DNA of 64,000 bases from a bacterium (GTDB lineage: Bacteria; Krumholzibacteriota; Krumholzibacteriia; G020349025): positions 63,003 through 127,002 of the forward strand of contig JANLSU010000081.1 in NCBI GenBank assembly GCA_031362565.1, in the 5' to 3' direction. The notes below the pieces were generated by a model, which had not been told where the DNA came from, did not search any database, and saw nothing but the letters and a program-made list of their open reading frames with translations. How positions within the stretch are numbered: position 1 is the first letter of the stretch; the number at the start of each line of letters is the position of its first letter. Below are positions 45,585 to 55,313 of this stretch, in pieces. A program made the translations under genes and the position numbers.

Positions 45585-46298
45585 GTGGATTTGAAAGGTG
45601 CTCGCACCCTGATCACGGGTGGCAGCGATGGGATTGGACTCGCGATCGGCCAAGCGCTCGTGGAGAAAGGTGCCCGCGTGGCGCTGCTGGCGCGTCGCTC
45701 CGACCGGCTGACCGCGGCAGCCAAAGAGATCGGTGCAATCGGCATCACCGGAGATGTCTCGAAGCCCGCTGACGCCGACGCCGCGGTGGCCCGCGTGGTG
45801 CAGGAGTTTGGCGGCCTCGACATCTTGATCAACAACGCCGGCTTCGGTACATTCGGCGCGTTGACCGAACTGCAGCTCGAGGACTTCGAGCGCACCTTCG
45901 CCACGAACGTCACGGGGGCGATGCTGATGGCGCGGGCCGCGGCGCCGCACATGATCCGCCAGGCGTCGGGCAACATCTTGAACATCTCATCCACGGCCGG
46001 ACTTAAGGGCTTTGCGAATGGGACGACATACTGCGCCACGAAGTTCGCGCTGCGCGGCATGACGGAGTGCTGGCGCGAAGAACTGCGCCGCCATAACATC
46101 CGGGTCACGCTCGTGAACCCGAGCGAGGTACAGACGAACTTCGGCAAGGCGGCCGGTGGGCAGGCGCGCCCCTTCAACGGAAAAAAACTCCGTGCCGAGG
46201 AGATCGCCCGCGCCATCGTCGGCGCACTGCAGATCGACGACCGCGGCTTCATTCCCGAGTTTTCCGTCTTTGCCACGAACCCGTTTCCACCCGCGTAA
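45585..46298 (+). CDS. SDR family oxidoreductase
   Basis: TGGSDGIG, NNAG, SS, YCATK; AAGGAG before GTG. Confidence 0.95.
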   Translation: MDLKGARTLITGGSDGIGLAIGQALVEKGARVALLARRSDRLTAAAKEIGAIGITGDVSKPADADAAVARVVQEFGGLDILINNAGFGTFGALTELQLEDFERTFATNVTGAMLMARAAAPHMIRQASGNILNISSTAGLKGFANGTTYCATKFALRGMTECWREELRRHNIRVTLVNPSEVQTNFGKAAGGQARPFNGKKLRAEEIARAIVGALQIDDRGFIPEFSVFATNPFPPA

Positions 46299-46313
46299 TC
46301 AAGGAGACATCCA

Positions 46314-46550
46314 TTGGCAGCAACGAAGGTCACGATCAACCTCAATGGCCCACTTCGCATCGAAGGCGACTTCGAGATCGTCGACTCGACCGGCAAGAGC
46401 TACGGCCTCGCCGGTCGAAAGGTCATCAGCCTCTGCCGCTGCGGTCAGTCGTCCAAGAAACCGTTTTGTGACGGCACTCACAACACGTGCGGTTTCCAGC
46501 ACACCAGCGCGGCATACGACCTGGCGCCTCCCGCGCGTCCGCCGGCCTGA
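46314..46550 (+). CDS. CDGSH iron-sulfur domain protein
   Basis: NGPL, LCRCGQSSKKPFCDGTH; AAGGAG before the TTG start. Confidence 0.93.
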   Translation: MAATKVTINLNGPLRIEGDFEIVDSTGKSYGLAGRKVISLCRCGQSSKKPFCDGTHNTCGFQHTSAAYDLAPPARPPA

Positions 46551-46577
46551 GTCGCGCGCGTCGCACCGCGTTGCGGT

Positions 46578-47702
46578 TTACCGGGACGGGCTGCTGTATG
46601 CAGAGACGGCGGGTCGAACTTCCTCGTCCCGCAGACAGTCTTCCAGGGCAGTGACCGCTCGATCCCAGGTGAATTGCTGAATGAAGCGGTTCGCGTTCTG
46701 GGACACTTGGAGGCGCCGGATGTTGTCCCGCACGAGCATTGAGATGTTCAGCGCCAGAGCAGCCGGTTCCCTTGGCGGGCTGAGCAGCGCCGTCTCGCCG
46801 TGAATGCCGTATTCCTGGTGGCCGCCGATATCCGTCAGGCAAGGGGCCGCACCGCACTGCATCGCCTCGGCTGGGGGTAGAGGCCACCCCTCCGCCCAGC
46901 TTGGCCCCACAAAGATCGCCGCCGCGTTGTAGAGACGGCGCAAATCAGGCTGCGACGGTTTCTGTTGATAGCGAATCCAAGCGGGGAGGCCTCGAGGCCG
47001 TGCCGGGACGCCGAAGAGCGTCGCCGCGAGATCAGGGATCTCGGCCTTGACGATATCGATGGCACTCAGGCCGTCCGCCGACCCTTTCCCCTCCGAGTCG
47101 TGATACAGCATGACGAGTTGCTTGGGGTTCCGTTCCGCGGCCGGCAGATCGAGGCCAAAGACGGAAAAGTCGAGGCCATTGGGGATATAGACCGCCGCTT
47201 CGTGCAAACCTCGAGCGATCGCCTCGAGCCAGCGGGCGATGACGATCTTATTGAGCGGCAGCTTCCAAGTGGCCATGGCCCGATCCGGGTCCACGCCCGC
47301 GAACGTCGATTCCTGGCCCTGGATCAGATAGAACTTTCGCCCCGTGTACGGCGGATAGCCGGCGACCCATTCCGCCGTTTCCCACGCCGTGGCGATCACC
47401 GCATCGGCAGCCGGAATCCAGCGCGGATGGAGACTGGGGACCCACTCCATCCGCACCCGTGGATCGATGCTGAACCACCTCTTGGGCAAGTACCCACCCT
47501 TCGCACCCAGCTTTCTGCCCCCATAGACAAGATAGCGCTTGGCTGTTCTTATCGCTTCCATCTCTCGATGGAGACTGTGGGGGGCATGAACGACCGTAAC
47601 CTCATGCCCGCTTCGCACGAGGCCATTGGCGTATTCGTAGGCGACCTTCAATCCCCCCACGGGGTTCTCGCCGGAGCCGGGAAGAACGAAACAAATGCGC
47701 AC
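46578..47702 (-). CDS. Glycosyltransferase family 4 (GT-B)
   Basis: PVGGLKVAYEYANGL, IATAWET, YLIQ, EGWPLPPAEAMQCG (E-x7-E); GGAGG before GTG 47702. Confidence 0.9.
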   Translation of the reverse strand: MRICFVLPGSGENPVGGLKVAYEYANGLVRSGHEVTVVHAPHSLHREMEAIRTAKRYLVYGGRKLGAKGGYLPKRWFSIDPRVRMEWVPSLHPRWIPAADAVIATAWETAEWVAGYPPYTGRKFYLIQGQESTFAGVDPDRAMATWKLPLNKIVIARWLEAIARGLHEAAVYIPNGLDFSVFGLDLPAAERNPKQLVMLYHDSEGKGSADGLSAIDIVKAEIPDLAATLFGVPARPRGLPAWIRYQQKPSQPDLRRLYNAAAIFVGPSWAEGWPLPPAEAMQCGAAPCLTDIGGHQEYGIHGETALLSPPREPAALALNISMLVRDNIRRLQVSQNANRFIQQFTWDRAVTALEDCLRDEEVRPAVSAYSSPSR

Positions 47703-47908
47703 TTCATTCCTCCAGGTGCGTACCAACGGCCATCATAAGACGGTTGGAAGCACCGCGCCAGCAGCCGGGGAATCGAACCCACCTTCCCCTTGGGCTCGCC
47801 AACCGTCTCCGTAGCCATCGATTTGCCGGAATGGTGTTGTCTGAGCCTTGGTTGATATCGGACAATGCGAGGGCACCCTACGTCGTAGGATACGGAGCCG
47901 ACATCGAC

Positions 47909-50900
47909 ATGTACACGGACGAACAGACCGCCGCCCGCGTTCGGTTGCTGCACGGCATCTTCGAACAGCAGGCGCGCACTTACCCGACCGGCATCGCGCT
48001 CGACGTACCCCCGACGGGTGCTGGTGTGCCGCGCCGCCAGCTCACCTACGCCGAAGTGAATGCCGCTGCCGACGCCTTGGCCGTCCGGCTCGCAACCTAC
48101 GTGCATGGGGAATGTTTGGTGGCGATCATGCTGCCACGCGCCGGCACGGAACTGTTCGTCGCGCAGCTCGCCATTATGAAGGCTGGTGCGGCCTGGACGT
48201 GTATCGAGCCCTCGACGCCCGATGAGCGGCTGCGTTTCTTGATCGACGATTCGCGTGCGGTGGCCGTGATCGCCGACGATGCGAGTGGCGACCGGCTTGA
48301 ATCCATCGGCTTCCCCGAGCCTCGCATCGTGAGCCTGAACAAGGTCGACGTTGCTTCGATCCCCGCGGCTCCGCGCCGCGCCACTCCCGCTTGGCTCGGT
48401 CCGGAGACGCTGGCCTACGTCATCTATACCTCGGGCACGACGGGACACCCCAAAGGGGTCATGATCGAGCACCGTAGCGTCGCCAACCTCGTGCTCGCGG
48501 ATGCCGGCTACTTCGACCTGCGCCCGGGCGACCGCATCGCCCAAACTTCGTCGGCGGCCTACGACTCCTCCGTGGAAGAGGTGTGGCTCGCGTGGGCCAA
48601 GGGCGCCACCGTCGTCGTGGTGGATGATGAACGGGTTCGCTCCGGCCCCGACCTGTTGCCCTGGTTACGCGCCGAAGGGATCACCGTCTGGTGTCCCGCT
48701 CCAACCCTGCTCCGGATGGTGTGCAGCGACAATCCGCAGCGCGACTTGCCCGATATCCGCCTGCTGTACGTGGGCGGCGAGGAGCTGACTCCGGACGTGG
48801 CGCAGCTTTGGGCGCCCGGCCGCCGGTTGGAGAACGGCTATGGACCCACTGAATGCACCGTGACCGTGGTCCGCACGACGGTGCACGCCGGAGAACCGGT
48901 GACGATCGGCAGGCCGGTGCCGGGCAATCGCGCCTTCGTGGTGAATTCCGAACTCCAGGAAGTACCCGAAGGCGAGATCGGCGAACTCTGCATTGCCGGC
49001 GAGAGCGTCGCGCGCGGCTATCTCGGGCGACCGGAGTTGACCGCCGAGCGCTTTATCGACCACGCGCGCTTCGGCCGCGTCTATCGGACCGGAGACTTGG
49101 TACAGATGGTGCCGGGCGGGGCGCTGGCCTATCTCGGCCGCGCCGACACGCAGGTGAAGATTCGCGGCCACCGGATCGAGTTGACGGCCATCGAAAGCGA
49201 GCTGTGCCGCTACCCGGGCATTCTCGGGGCGGCGTGCTGCGTGCAAGCGAACGGCGCCGGACCCGAACTCGTGGCCTTCGTGGTGACCGAGAACGGCTCC
49301 GAGCCGGAACGGGAAGCGATCGGTCACTGGCTGCGCCGCACTCTGCCCGAGCCAATGGTGCCGTCACACATCGCCCGGCTCGACGCACTGCCGCGCGGCG
49401 CGCTCTCGGGCAAGCTCGATCGCGGCGCGTTGCCGAAAGTGACCCACGCCCCGCGCGCCACACAAACCGGACGCGCACCCGCCGGCGCCGCCGAGCAGGC
49501 CGTCGCGAATGCATTCGCGCACCAGCTCACCGCGGTGGAGGACATTCCGGCCGAGGCCGATTTCTTCCTCGATCTGGGCGGCAATTCGCTCGTCGCGGCG
49601 CAGGTCATTTCGGAGTTGCGGCGCGACGCGCGCACCGCGTCGCTCACCGTGCGTGATTTGTATGAAACGCGCACCGTAGCCGGACTGGCGGCACGCGTGC
49701 CGGAATTCGCGCCGCACGCGCCGGGTGCCAAAGCTGCACCGGCGCAACCAACTGCCGCATCGCTCGTCGCCGACATCGGCAGGCGCGTGTCACCGCACGC
49801 CGGGTGGGGTGCGGCAGCGCAATTCGCATTCCTGGCGTTGGCATTGCTGGTGACTGTGAACGCGGCGTGGTTTGTAGTTTTCGACATCGCGGCAGCGATG
49901 GCGAATGCCGTCGGAACGCGACTGTTCATGCTCCTGCTCCCCGTTCTGATCCTTGCGGCGGCGCTCACCTGGACACTGCTCGCCACCGCACTCACGGTGG
50001 TCGCCAAGCGCGTCCTCATCGGGCGTTACACCGCCGGCCGCCACCCCTACATGGGCTCAATGTATGTGCGTCACTGGATCGTGAGCCAGTTTGCCCGCAG
50101 TGTGTCGTGGGACTTGCTCGAGAGCATCGGGCTGCGCGCCCACGTGCTGCGCGCGCTCGGCGCGAAGATCGGTGCCGAGGTGTATTTGCACCGCGGCGTG
50201 GGACTGCAGCAAGGTGGCTGGGACCTGCTCGAGATCGGCGACGGTGTCGCACTCGGGCGCGACGTGTCGCTCGGGCTCGTGACGTACGACCGGCAGCAGC
50301 TCGTCTTCGCACCGGTGTCGATTGGCGCCAACGCCACGCTGGACACGCGCTCTCGCATGGCTCCCGGCAGCCGAATTGGAGAGGGTGCGTTCCTGGCGGC
50401 GCTGGCATGGCTGCCAAGCGGCGCGAGTGTGCCGGCCGGTGAACGTTGGGACGGGGTGCCGGCGCGACCCGTAGGCCAAGCGCCTCCACCACCCGTGCCT
50501 TCGCTGGAGTCGCTGCAGCCAAGTCTGTGGCACAAGGCAGTGTTGCTGGCGGCAAAAACAGTCGCGGCGCAAATCGCCTTCCTGCCATGGTTCGCTCTCG
50601 CCGCTGTCGTGTTGTCGGCATGGAGGAGCGGCAACGGTTCGTCGACATTCCTCGAGTTGCCGTTGCTCGCGCTCGCCGGCGCCCTGGTCACGTGCTACGC
50701 CCTGTCGTTACCACTGCAAGCAGTGTTGTGCCGGCTTCTCGGACGCGTGCGCCCCGGCATCTATCCGCTGCACGGACGCACGGCGCTCACGGTGCGCTTG
50801 AAGGAGCGCCTTGTCGAAACTGCCAACGTAGCGCTGTCCGGTACGCTCGCGTGGCCGGTGTGGCTGCGCTGGGCCGGCATGCGCGTCGGCCGGCGATGCG

Positions 50901-51907
50901 AGATCAGCACCATCATGGAAGTGACGCCGGAATTGGTGGAGATCGCCGACGACTGCTTCTTTGCCGACGGCATCTACTTAGGACGGCCGCTCGTGCATCG
51001 TGGGCATCTCTATTGCGAACGCACGGTGTTCGAGCATCACACGTTCCTCGGCAACCACGCCGTGATTCCGGCCGGCGCCCAACTGCCGGACAACGTTTTG
51101 CTCGGTGTGTGCACGGTGGCCGACCCGGAACGCATCCGGCCCGACACCGGTTGGTTCGGACATCCAGCGTTCGAGCTTCCCCGCCGCGAGTTGGTTGCTG
51201 CCGACGACAGCCTGACGTTCAGTCCGTCGCCACTCCGCGTCCTCAACCGCGCGCTGTGGGAGAGCTCACGGCTCTTCCTGCCGGTGCTGCCGGCATTCGT
51301 CGTGGCGTTCTGGGCCACCGAGTTGCCGCGCCTGGCAGAGCACTGGGCGACGCCGGCGCTGCACCTCTGGGTGCTGCCGCTCGCAGCGCTCGCGACGGCG
51401 GCGTTCCTGTGCGCGCTCACGGTTGCGACCAAGTGGCTGTTGCTGGGGCGCATGCAGGAGGCGCGACACGTGTTGTGGTCGTGCTGGTGCAGCCGTTGGG
51501 ACTTCCTGTTCGAGGTGTGGTCGGCGTACGCGCGGCCGGTCATCGATACATTAGAGGGCACGCCGCTCGTGGCGTGGTGGCTGCGCGCCATGGGAGCCCG
51601 CATCGGGCGGCGCGTCGTGTTCGGAACCAACCTCTCGCAAGTGGTGGACCCGGACATGATCGAGATCGAAGACGACGCCACGGTGTCGTGCCATCTGCAG
51701 TTGCATAGCTTTGAAGACCGGGTGCTGAAGCTCGGCAAGACACGCATCGGCGCCGGCAGCACGGTCGCGGCCGGCGCACTCCTTCTCTACGGGGCACGGA
51801 TCGAAGCCGGCGCGCACGTGGCGGAGCAGAGCGTCGTGATGAAGCACGAGCACCTGCTGCAAGGCCAGGCGTACGAAGGCGCACCAACCCGGCCGGTGGG
51901 CGCTTGA
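47909..51907 (+). CDS. Pls/PosA-family membrane-bound single-module NRPS (homopoly-amino-acid synthetase-like)
   Basis: A domain (YVIYTSGTTGHPKG, NGYGPTE, YRTGDL, QVKIRGHRIEL, SGKLDR); T domain (DFFLDLGGNSL); three TM pairs, each followed by an acyltransferase-like domain (RALGAKIG, RWAGMRVG, RAMGARIG...HSFEDRVLK). No C or TE domain. Confidence 0.9.
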   Translation: MYTDEQTAARVRLLHGIFEQQARTYPTGIALDVPPTGAGVPRRQLTYAEVNAAADALAVRLATYVHGECLVAIMLPRAGTELFVAQLAIMKAGAAWTCIEPSTPDERLRFLIDDSRAVAVIADDASGDRLESIGFPEPRIVSLNKVDVASIPAAPRRATPAWLGPETLAYVIYTSGTTGHPKGVMIEHRSVANLVLADAGYFDLRPGDRIAQTSSAAYDSSVEEVWLAWAKGATVVVVDDERVRSGPDLLPWLRAEGITVWCPAPTLLRMVCSDNPQRDLPDIRLLYVGGEELTPDVAQLWAPGRRLENGYGPTECTVTVVRTTVHAGEPVTIGRPVPGNRAFVVNSELQEVPEGEIGELCIAGESVARGYLGRPELTAERFIDHARFGRVYRTGDLVQMVPGGALAYLGRADTQVKIRGHRIELTAIESELCRYPGILGAACCVQANGAGPELVAFVVTENGSEPEREAIGHWLRRTLPEPMVPSHIARLDALPRGALSGKLDRGALPKVTHAPRATQTGRAPAGAAEQAVANAFAHQLTAVEDIPAEADFFLDLGGNSLVAAQVISELRRDARTASLTVRDLYETRTVAGLAARVPEFAPHAPGAKAAPAQPTAASLVADIGRRVSPHAGWGAAAQFAFLALALLVTVNAAWFVVFDIAAAMANAVGTRLFMLLLPVLILAAALTWTLLATALTVVAKRVLIGRYTAGRHPYMGSMYVRHWIVSQFARSVSWDLLESIGLRAHVLRALGAKIGAEVYLHRGVGLQQGGWDLLEIGDGVALGRDVSLGLVTYDRQQLVFAPVSIGANATLDTRSRMAPGSRIGEGAFLAALAWLPSGASVPAGERWDGVPARPVGQAPPPPVPSLESLQPSLWHKAVLLAAKTVAAQIAFLPWFALAAVVLSAWRSGNGSSTFLELPLLALAGALVTCYALSLPLQAVLCRLLGRVRPGIYPLHGRTALTVRLKERLVETANVALSGTLAWPVWLRWAGMRVGRRCEISTIMEVTPELVEIADDCFFADGIYLGRPLVHRGHLYCERTVFEHHTFLGNHAVIPAGAQLPDNVLLGVCTVADPERIRPDTGWFGHPAFELPRRELVAADDSLTFSPSPLRVLNRALWESSRLFLPVLPAFVVAFWATELPRLAEHWATPALHLWVLPLAALATAAFLCALTVATKWLLLGRMQEARHVLWSCWCSRWDFLFEVWSAYARPVIDTLEGTPLVAWWLRAMGARIGRRVVFGTNLSQVVDPDMIEIEDDATVSCHLQLHSFEDRVLKLGKTRIGAGSTVAAGALLLYGARIEAGAHVAEQSVVMKHEHLLQGQAYEGAPTRPVGA

Positions 51908-52593
51908 CGCCCTCGGCGAGCACGACGCGCGTTGCGGGCCCGCCGGCAGGCATCGTAGATTTGTGGTGCGTGCATCTCGATGCACCGAACTTCCCGGACG
52001 CCGCACTCGCGGCAACGCTCGACCCTTCGGAGCAACAACACGCGGCGTGCATGCGGGTCGGCGGCCGCGCCTGGGCTTCCGGGCGTGGCGCACAGCGCGT
52101 GATCCTCGCGAGTTATCTCGAGGTGCCGGCGAGCGCGCTGGAGTTTTTCGCCGCGCAGTCCGGCAAGCCTGGGCTCTCGAACGCGCCCAGCCTACAATTC
52201 TCGTTCGCGCGCACCGATGGTCTGGCGGTCGTCGCCGTTGCCAGTGACCGCGAGGTTGGCGTCGACGTCGAGCGTGAGAACGACCGCACCGACATCGACG
52301 GCGTGGCGCAGGAGTTCTTGCCGGCGGGCGAGGCCGCCGCACTCGAGGCAACGCCACTCGGTCAACGCCGCAGCGCTTTCTTTGGCGCCTGGGCGCGTCA
52401 CGAAGCGCGCCTCAAGCTCGAGGGGCAGGGGCTTACCGGTCGCACCTGGGACGGCGCGCGGCCAAGCGCGGCGCTCGTCGTCGTGCGCGCACTCGCCCTA
52501 CCGCCCGGCTTCGCCGGCGCGATCGCGGCCGTGAACGACACCTGGACGGTACGCGTCAAGGAATTCCCAGTCCTAGCGGCGCGGCTACGCTAG
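51904..52593 (+). CDS. Sfp-type 4'-phosphopantetheinyl transferase
   Basis: GKP, VGVDVE, FFGAWARHEARLK; TTGA overlap with the NRPS stop. Confidence 0.85.
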   Translation: MTPSASTTRVAGPPAGIVDLWCVHLDAPNFPDAALAATLDPSEQQHAACMRVGGRAWASGRGAQRVILASYLEVPASALEFFAAQSGKPGLSNAPSLQFSFARTDGLAVVAVASDREVGVDVERENDRTDIDGVAQEFLPAGEAAALEATPLGQRRSAFFGAWARHEARLKLEGQGLTGRTWDGARPSAALVVVRALALPPGFAGAIAAVNDTWTVRVKEFPVLAARLR

Positions 52594-53601
52594 CGGCGGA
52601 ACCGCGCCTTGATATCGCCCCACGATGCAGCGCGCACGGCCGTCGTCGCCAGCGGCGTCGACCACAATCCGTCGGTACGCGCTGCAAAGAGCTTGTCGCC
52701 CGCAACTTTCGATTTCGAATACGAACGTGTCGTCAACCGCGTCGATCGATTGCCACGTCTCGCCGGCTCCCGGGCTCGAGTAGAATTGGTGCGTGTTGTT
52801 GAGGAAATCAACCACTGCAAAGACGGTCGCGCCGACGTGCGCGAAGAACACCGCCGAGCCGTTGGCCAGGCCGCCTCCCACGAGCGTCCAAGACTGTGCA
52901 TCGTTCGTGATTTGGTAAACCGATGGGCCGTTGCTCACGAGGAGGTTGGTGCCATCGCTGAAAATGTCCGTCGCCGTGAATCCCGGCAGCAACGGCGGCC
53001 GTACGGCGACCTCCTGCCACGCGGTCGCGCCCTGTGGAAACCGGTGGATCAGACCGTACGGTCCTGCCGGCGCCACGAGCGTTGTACCGTGCAGGAGGAT
53101 CGAGCTTACGGATCCGGAGATCGACAGCGGCAGATCGTTGTTGAAGGCCGTCCACGTTGTCGGCGTCGCGAGCGCGAGTGCGAACACCCCGCTGCCATCG
53201 GTGCCGGCGTAAAGGATGCCGTCTTTTACCGCGAACTCCGTGATGTGGTTGGCTCCGATGCCAGCCAGGCCACTGTTGACGCTGTTCCAGGTCAGACCGT
53301 CATCCGGGCTGCGAAACACACCCTGTCCAAAGCTCCCTGCCCAGAGTGCGCCGCCCGCCGGGATCACCGTGAAGATCGGTGCACTGCCGGCGCCTACCGG
53401 GTTCGACGCGGTCCACGTCGTGCCCTGGTCAGTGCCCCGGTAAACGCGGTCGCCGCTGGATGCAAACAACGTGGTTCCGTGCAACTGTAGGGTTTCGATG
53501 TTCGCCGCTGGCAATTCCTCGACGCGCGTCCAGGTCAGAGATCGCGCCGGCGCCGCCGTACACAGAGTCAAACAGAGGATCCCAATCACTGGGCCGCGCA
53601 T
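52590..53601 (-). pseudogene. Secreted BNR/beta-propeller repeat protein with an apparent +1 frameshift near the 3' end
   Basis: Signal peptide; S/T-x-D-x-G-x-TW repeats. The frame degrades after FEIE; the natural continuation VAGDKLFAARTDGLW...SWGDIKARFRR is in another frame. One extra base in the T3 run at 52707-52709. Confidence 0.8.
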
Positions 53602-53820
53602 GGCGATTGTAGCGGTGTTCAAGAGGTTCGACACGAGCCGTTCCTGCGCTTCCTTCTGGAGTGTAACCCACATGGAGCTTTGCCGGAGACCGCGCTGTCG
53701 CGCCATACCACGCGTCCCGAAGAATTGCTCGAGCGTCCGAAAGGTGCCGCTTGGTGTTTCCGGGCCTGGTGTGTTTAGCTCGCCCCGTGACACCAAGAAG
53801 CGTGTCGAAGGAGGATTCCG

Positions 53821-54525
53821 ATGAAGATGACCCTGGCCATCCTGCTCTTGGCCGCTGGAACGGCGTTCGCCAAAGAGCCTTCGCATACGGTGCGTCTCGC
53901 CAATGCCACCGCGGTGCTCGACGAGGTCATGCAGACGCCCGACCATGCCATTCCGCAGTACCTGCTCGATCGCGCCTACTCCATTGTCATCGTGCCGGAT
54001 CTCAAGAAAGCCGCCTTTATCGTCGGCGGCAAGTACGGCAAGGGTTACATGTCGTCCCGCAAGAAGGACGGCACGGGATGGACCGCGCCCGGCACGGTGC
54101 GAATCGAGGGCGGCAGTTTCGGACTGCAGTTCGGGGGCGCGGAGAGCGACGTGATCCTGCTCATCATGAACCCACGTGGGGTCGACCGGCTCCTCTCGAG
54201 CAAATTCACTTTGGGTGCTGACGCCGCAGTGGCTGCGGGACCGGTCGGCCGCGATGCGCGCGCCGATACCGATGCGCATTTGACTGCCGAGATCCTGTCG
54301 TGGTCGCGCTCGCGGGGTGTTTTCGCCGGCATCGCGTTGACGGGGGCGACACTACGGCAAGATCTGAACGACAACCGCGAACTGTACGGCAAGCGGCTCG
54401 AGAACCGCGCCATCATCGACCAGGAATTGCCGGTGCCGGAGCCGGCCAAGAAGTTGATCGCGCTCCTCGACAAGGTCTCGCCGCACCGGACACAGGTGGA
54501 AGCGGAGACGACGGATCGGAAGTAG
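53821..54525 (+). CDS. Lipid-binding SYLF (Ysc84-like) domain protein
   Basis: Signal peptide; KAAFIVGGKYGKG, GSFGLQFG, AAGPVGR, SRSRGVFAG. Confidence 0.92.
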   Translation: MKMTLAILLLAAGTAFAKEPSHTVRLANATAVLDEVMQTPDHAIPQYLLDRAYSIVIVPDLKKAAFIVGGKYGKGYMSSRKKDGTGWTAPGTVRIEGGSFGLQFGGAESDVILLIMNPRGVDRLLSSKFTLGADAAVAAGPVGRDARADTDAHLTAEILSWSRSRGVFAGIALTGATLRQDLNDNRELYGKRLENRAIIDQELPVPEPAKKLIALLDKVSPHRTQVEAETTDRK

Positions 54526-54559
54526 CACGGTGGACATCCAGAGCTGCGATGACCGCGGG

Positions 54560-54588
54560 TTGACACTGGTCGACGTCACGCCTACGAT
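54560..54588 (+). promoter_or_regulatory. Sigma70 promoter
   Basis: TTGACA-17 nt-TACGAT upstream of ATG 54651. Confidence 0.65.
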
Positions 54589-54650
54589 TGGGACGTTCTT
54601 TCCATCGGGGTGAACAACTCTTCCGCCGGATGCTCCACTTGGAGGTCCCA

Positions 54651-55313
54651 ATGATGGCGCGTGTTGTACGACGCGGTATCGCCAGAATCTGGTTAGCGTC
54701 TCTCCTGTTGCAGGCGACAACGACATCGGCCGTTGCGGATGTCGTCTTGCTCCAAAATGGGTCCGAGCTCAAGGGTTCCATCGTCGATCGCGAACGAGTG
54801 GCCAAGCACCCCGAAGTCTTCGCCGAAGTATCTATCGAATTGGACTCGCTTGCCAATGACGCCCTCACTCCGCAATTGCGGCGCATCTCAGTTGCAGATA
54901 TTCAGAGTCTCGTTCTTGAGGACGGCGGGCAACGTCGAGTTGTCGATCTCACGCATCTTGTCGCTCCCGGCGGGCGCTGGGGTGATACCGAGGCGCAAGA
55001 CGGCAAGCACTCGACGCGTGCCGCGGGGATCCTGATGACGAGTTTGGGAATGGCGTCGATCGCTACGGGCGTGTACCTCAAGGCGGCCCAAACATCAACC
55101 ATCATCGTGATTTCCGGCTTGAACGCCGTCACAGCGACCAAGAAGCACAGCAATACCCCGGTCTACGTTCCCTTGGTGACTGGCGGCATCCTGTTCGTGG
55201 GGGGACTCGTGGTTCTGACCCAGCCCAACAATCAGCATGACGGTTCCGCCCGGCTAGCGCCGTACAGCGCCAACGGCGTCTATGGAGCCAGAGTCCTGTT
55301 CTATCGTCACTGA
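54651..55313 (+). CDS. Hypothetical exported/membrane protein
   Basis: GGAGG RBS, own promoter, signal peptide followed by DVVLLQNGSELKGSI, two C-terminal hydrophobic segments. Confidence 0.65.
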   Translation: MMARVVRRGIARIWLASLLLQATTTSAVADVVLLQNGSELKGSIVDRERVAKHPEVFAEVSIELDSLANDALTPQLRRISVADIQSLVLEDGGQRRVVDLTHLVAPGGRWGDTEAQDGKHSTRAAGILMTSLGMASIATGVYLKAAQTSTIIVISGLNAVTATKKHSNTPVYVPLVTGGILFVGGLVVLTQPNNQHDGSARLAPYSANGVYGARVLFYRH

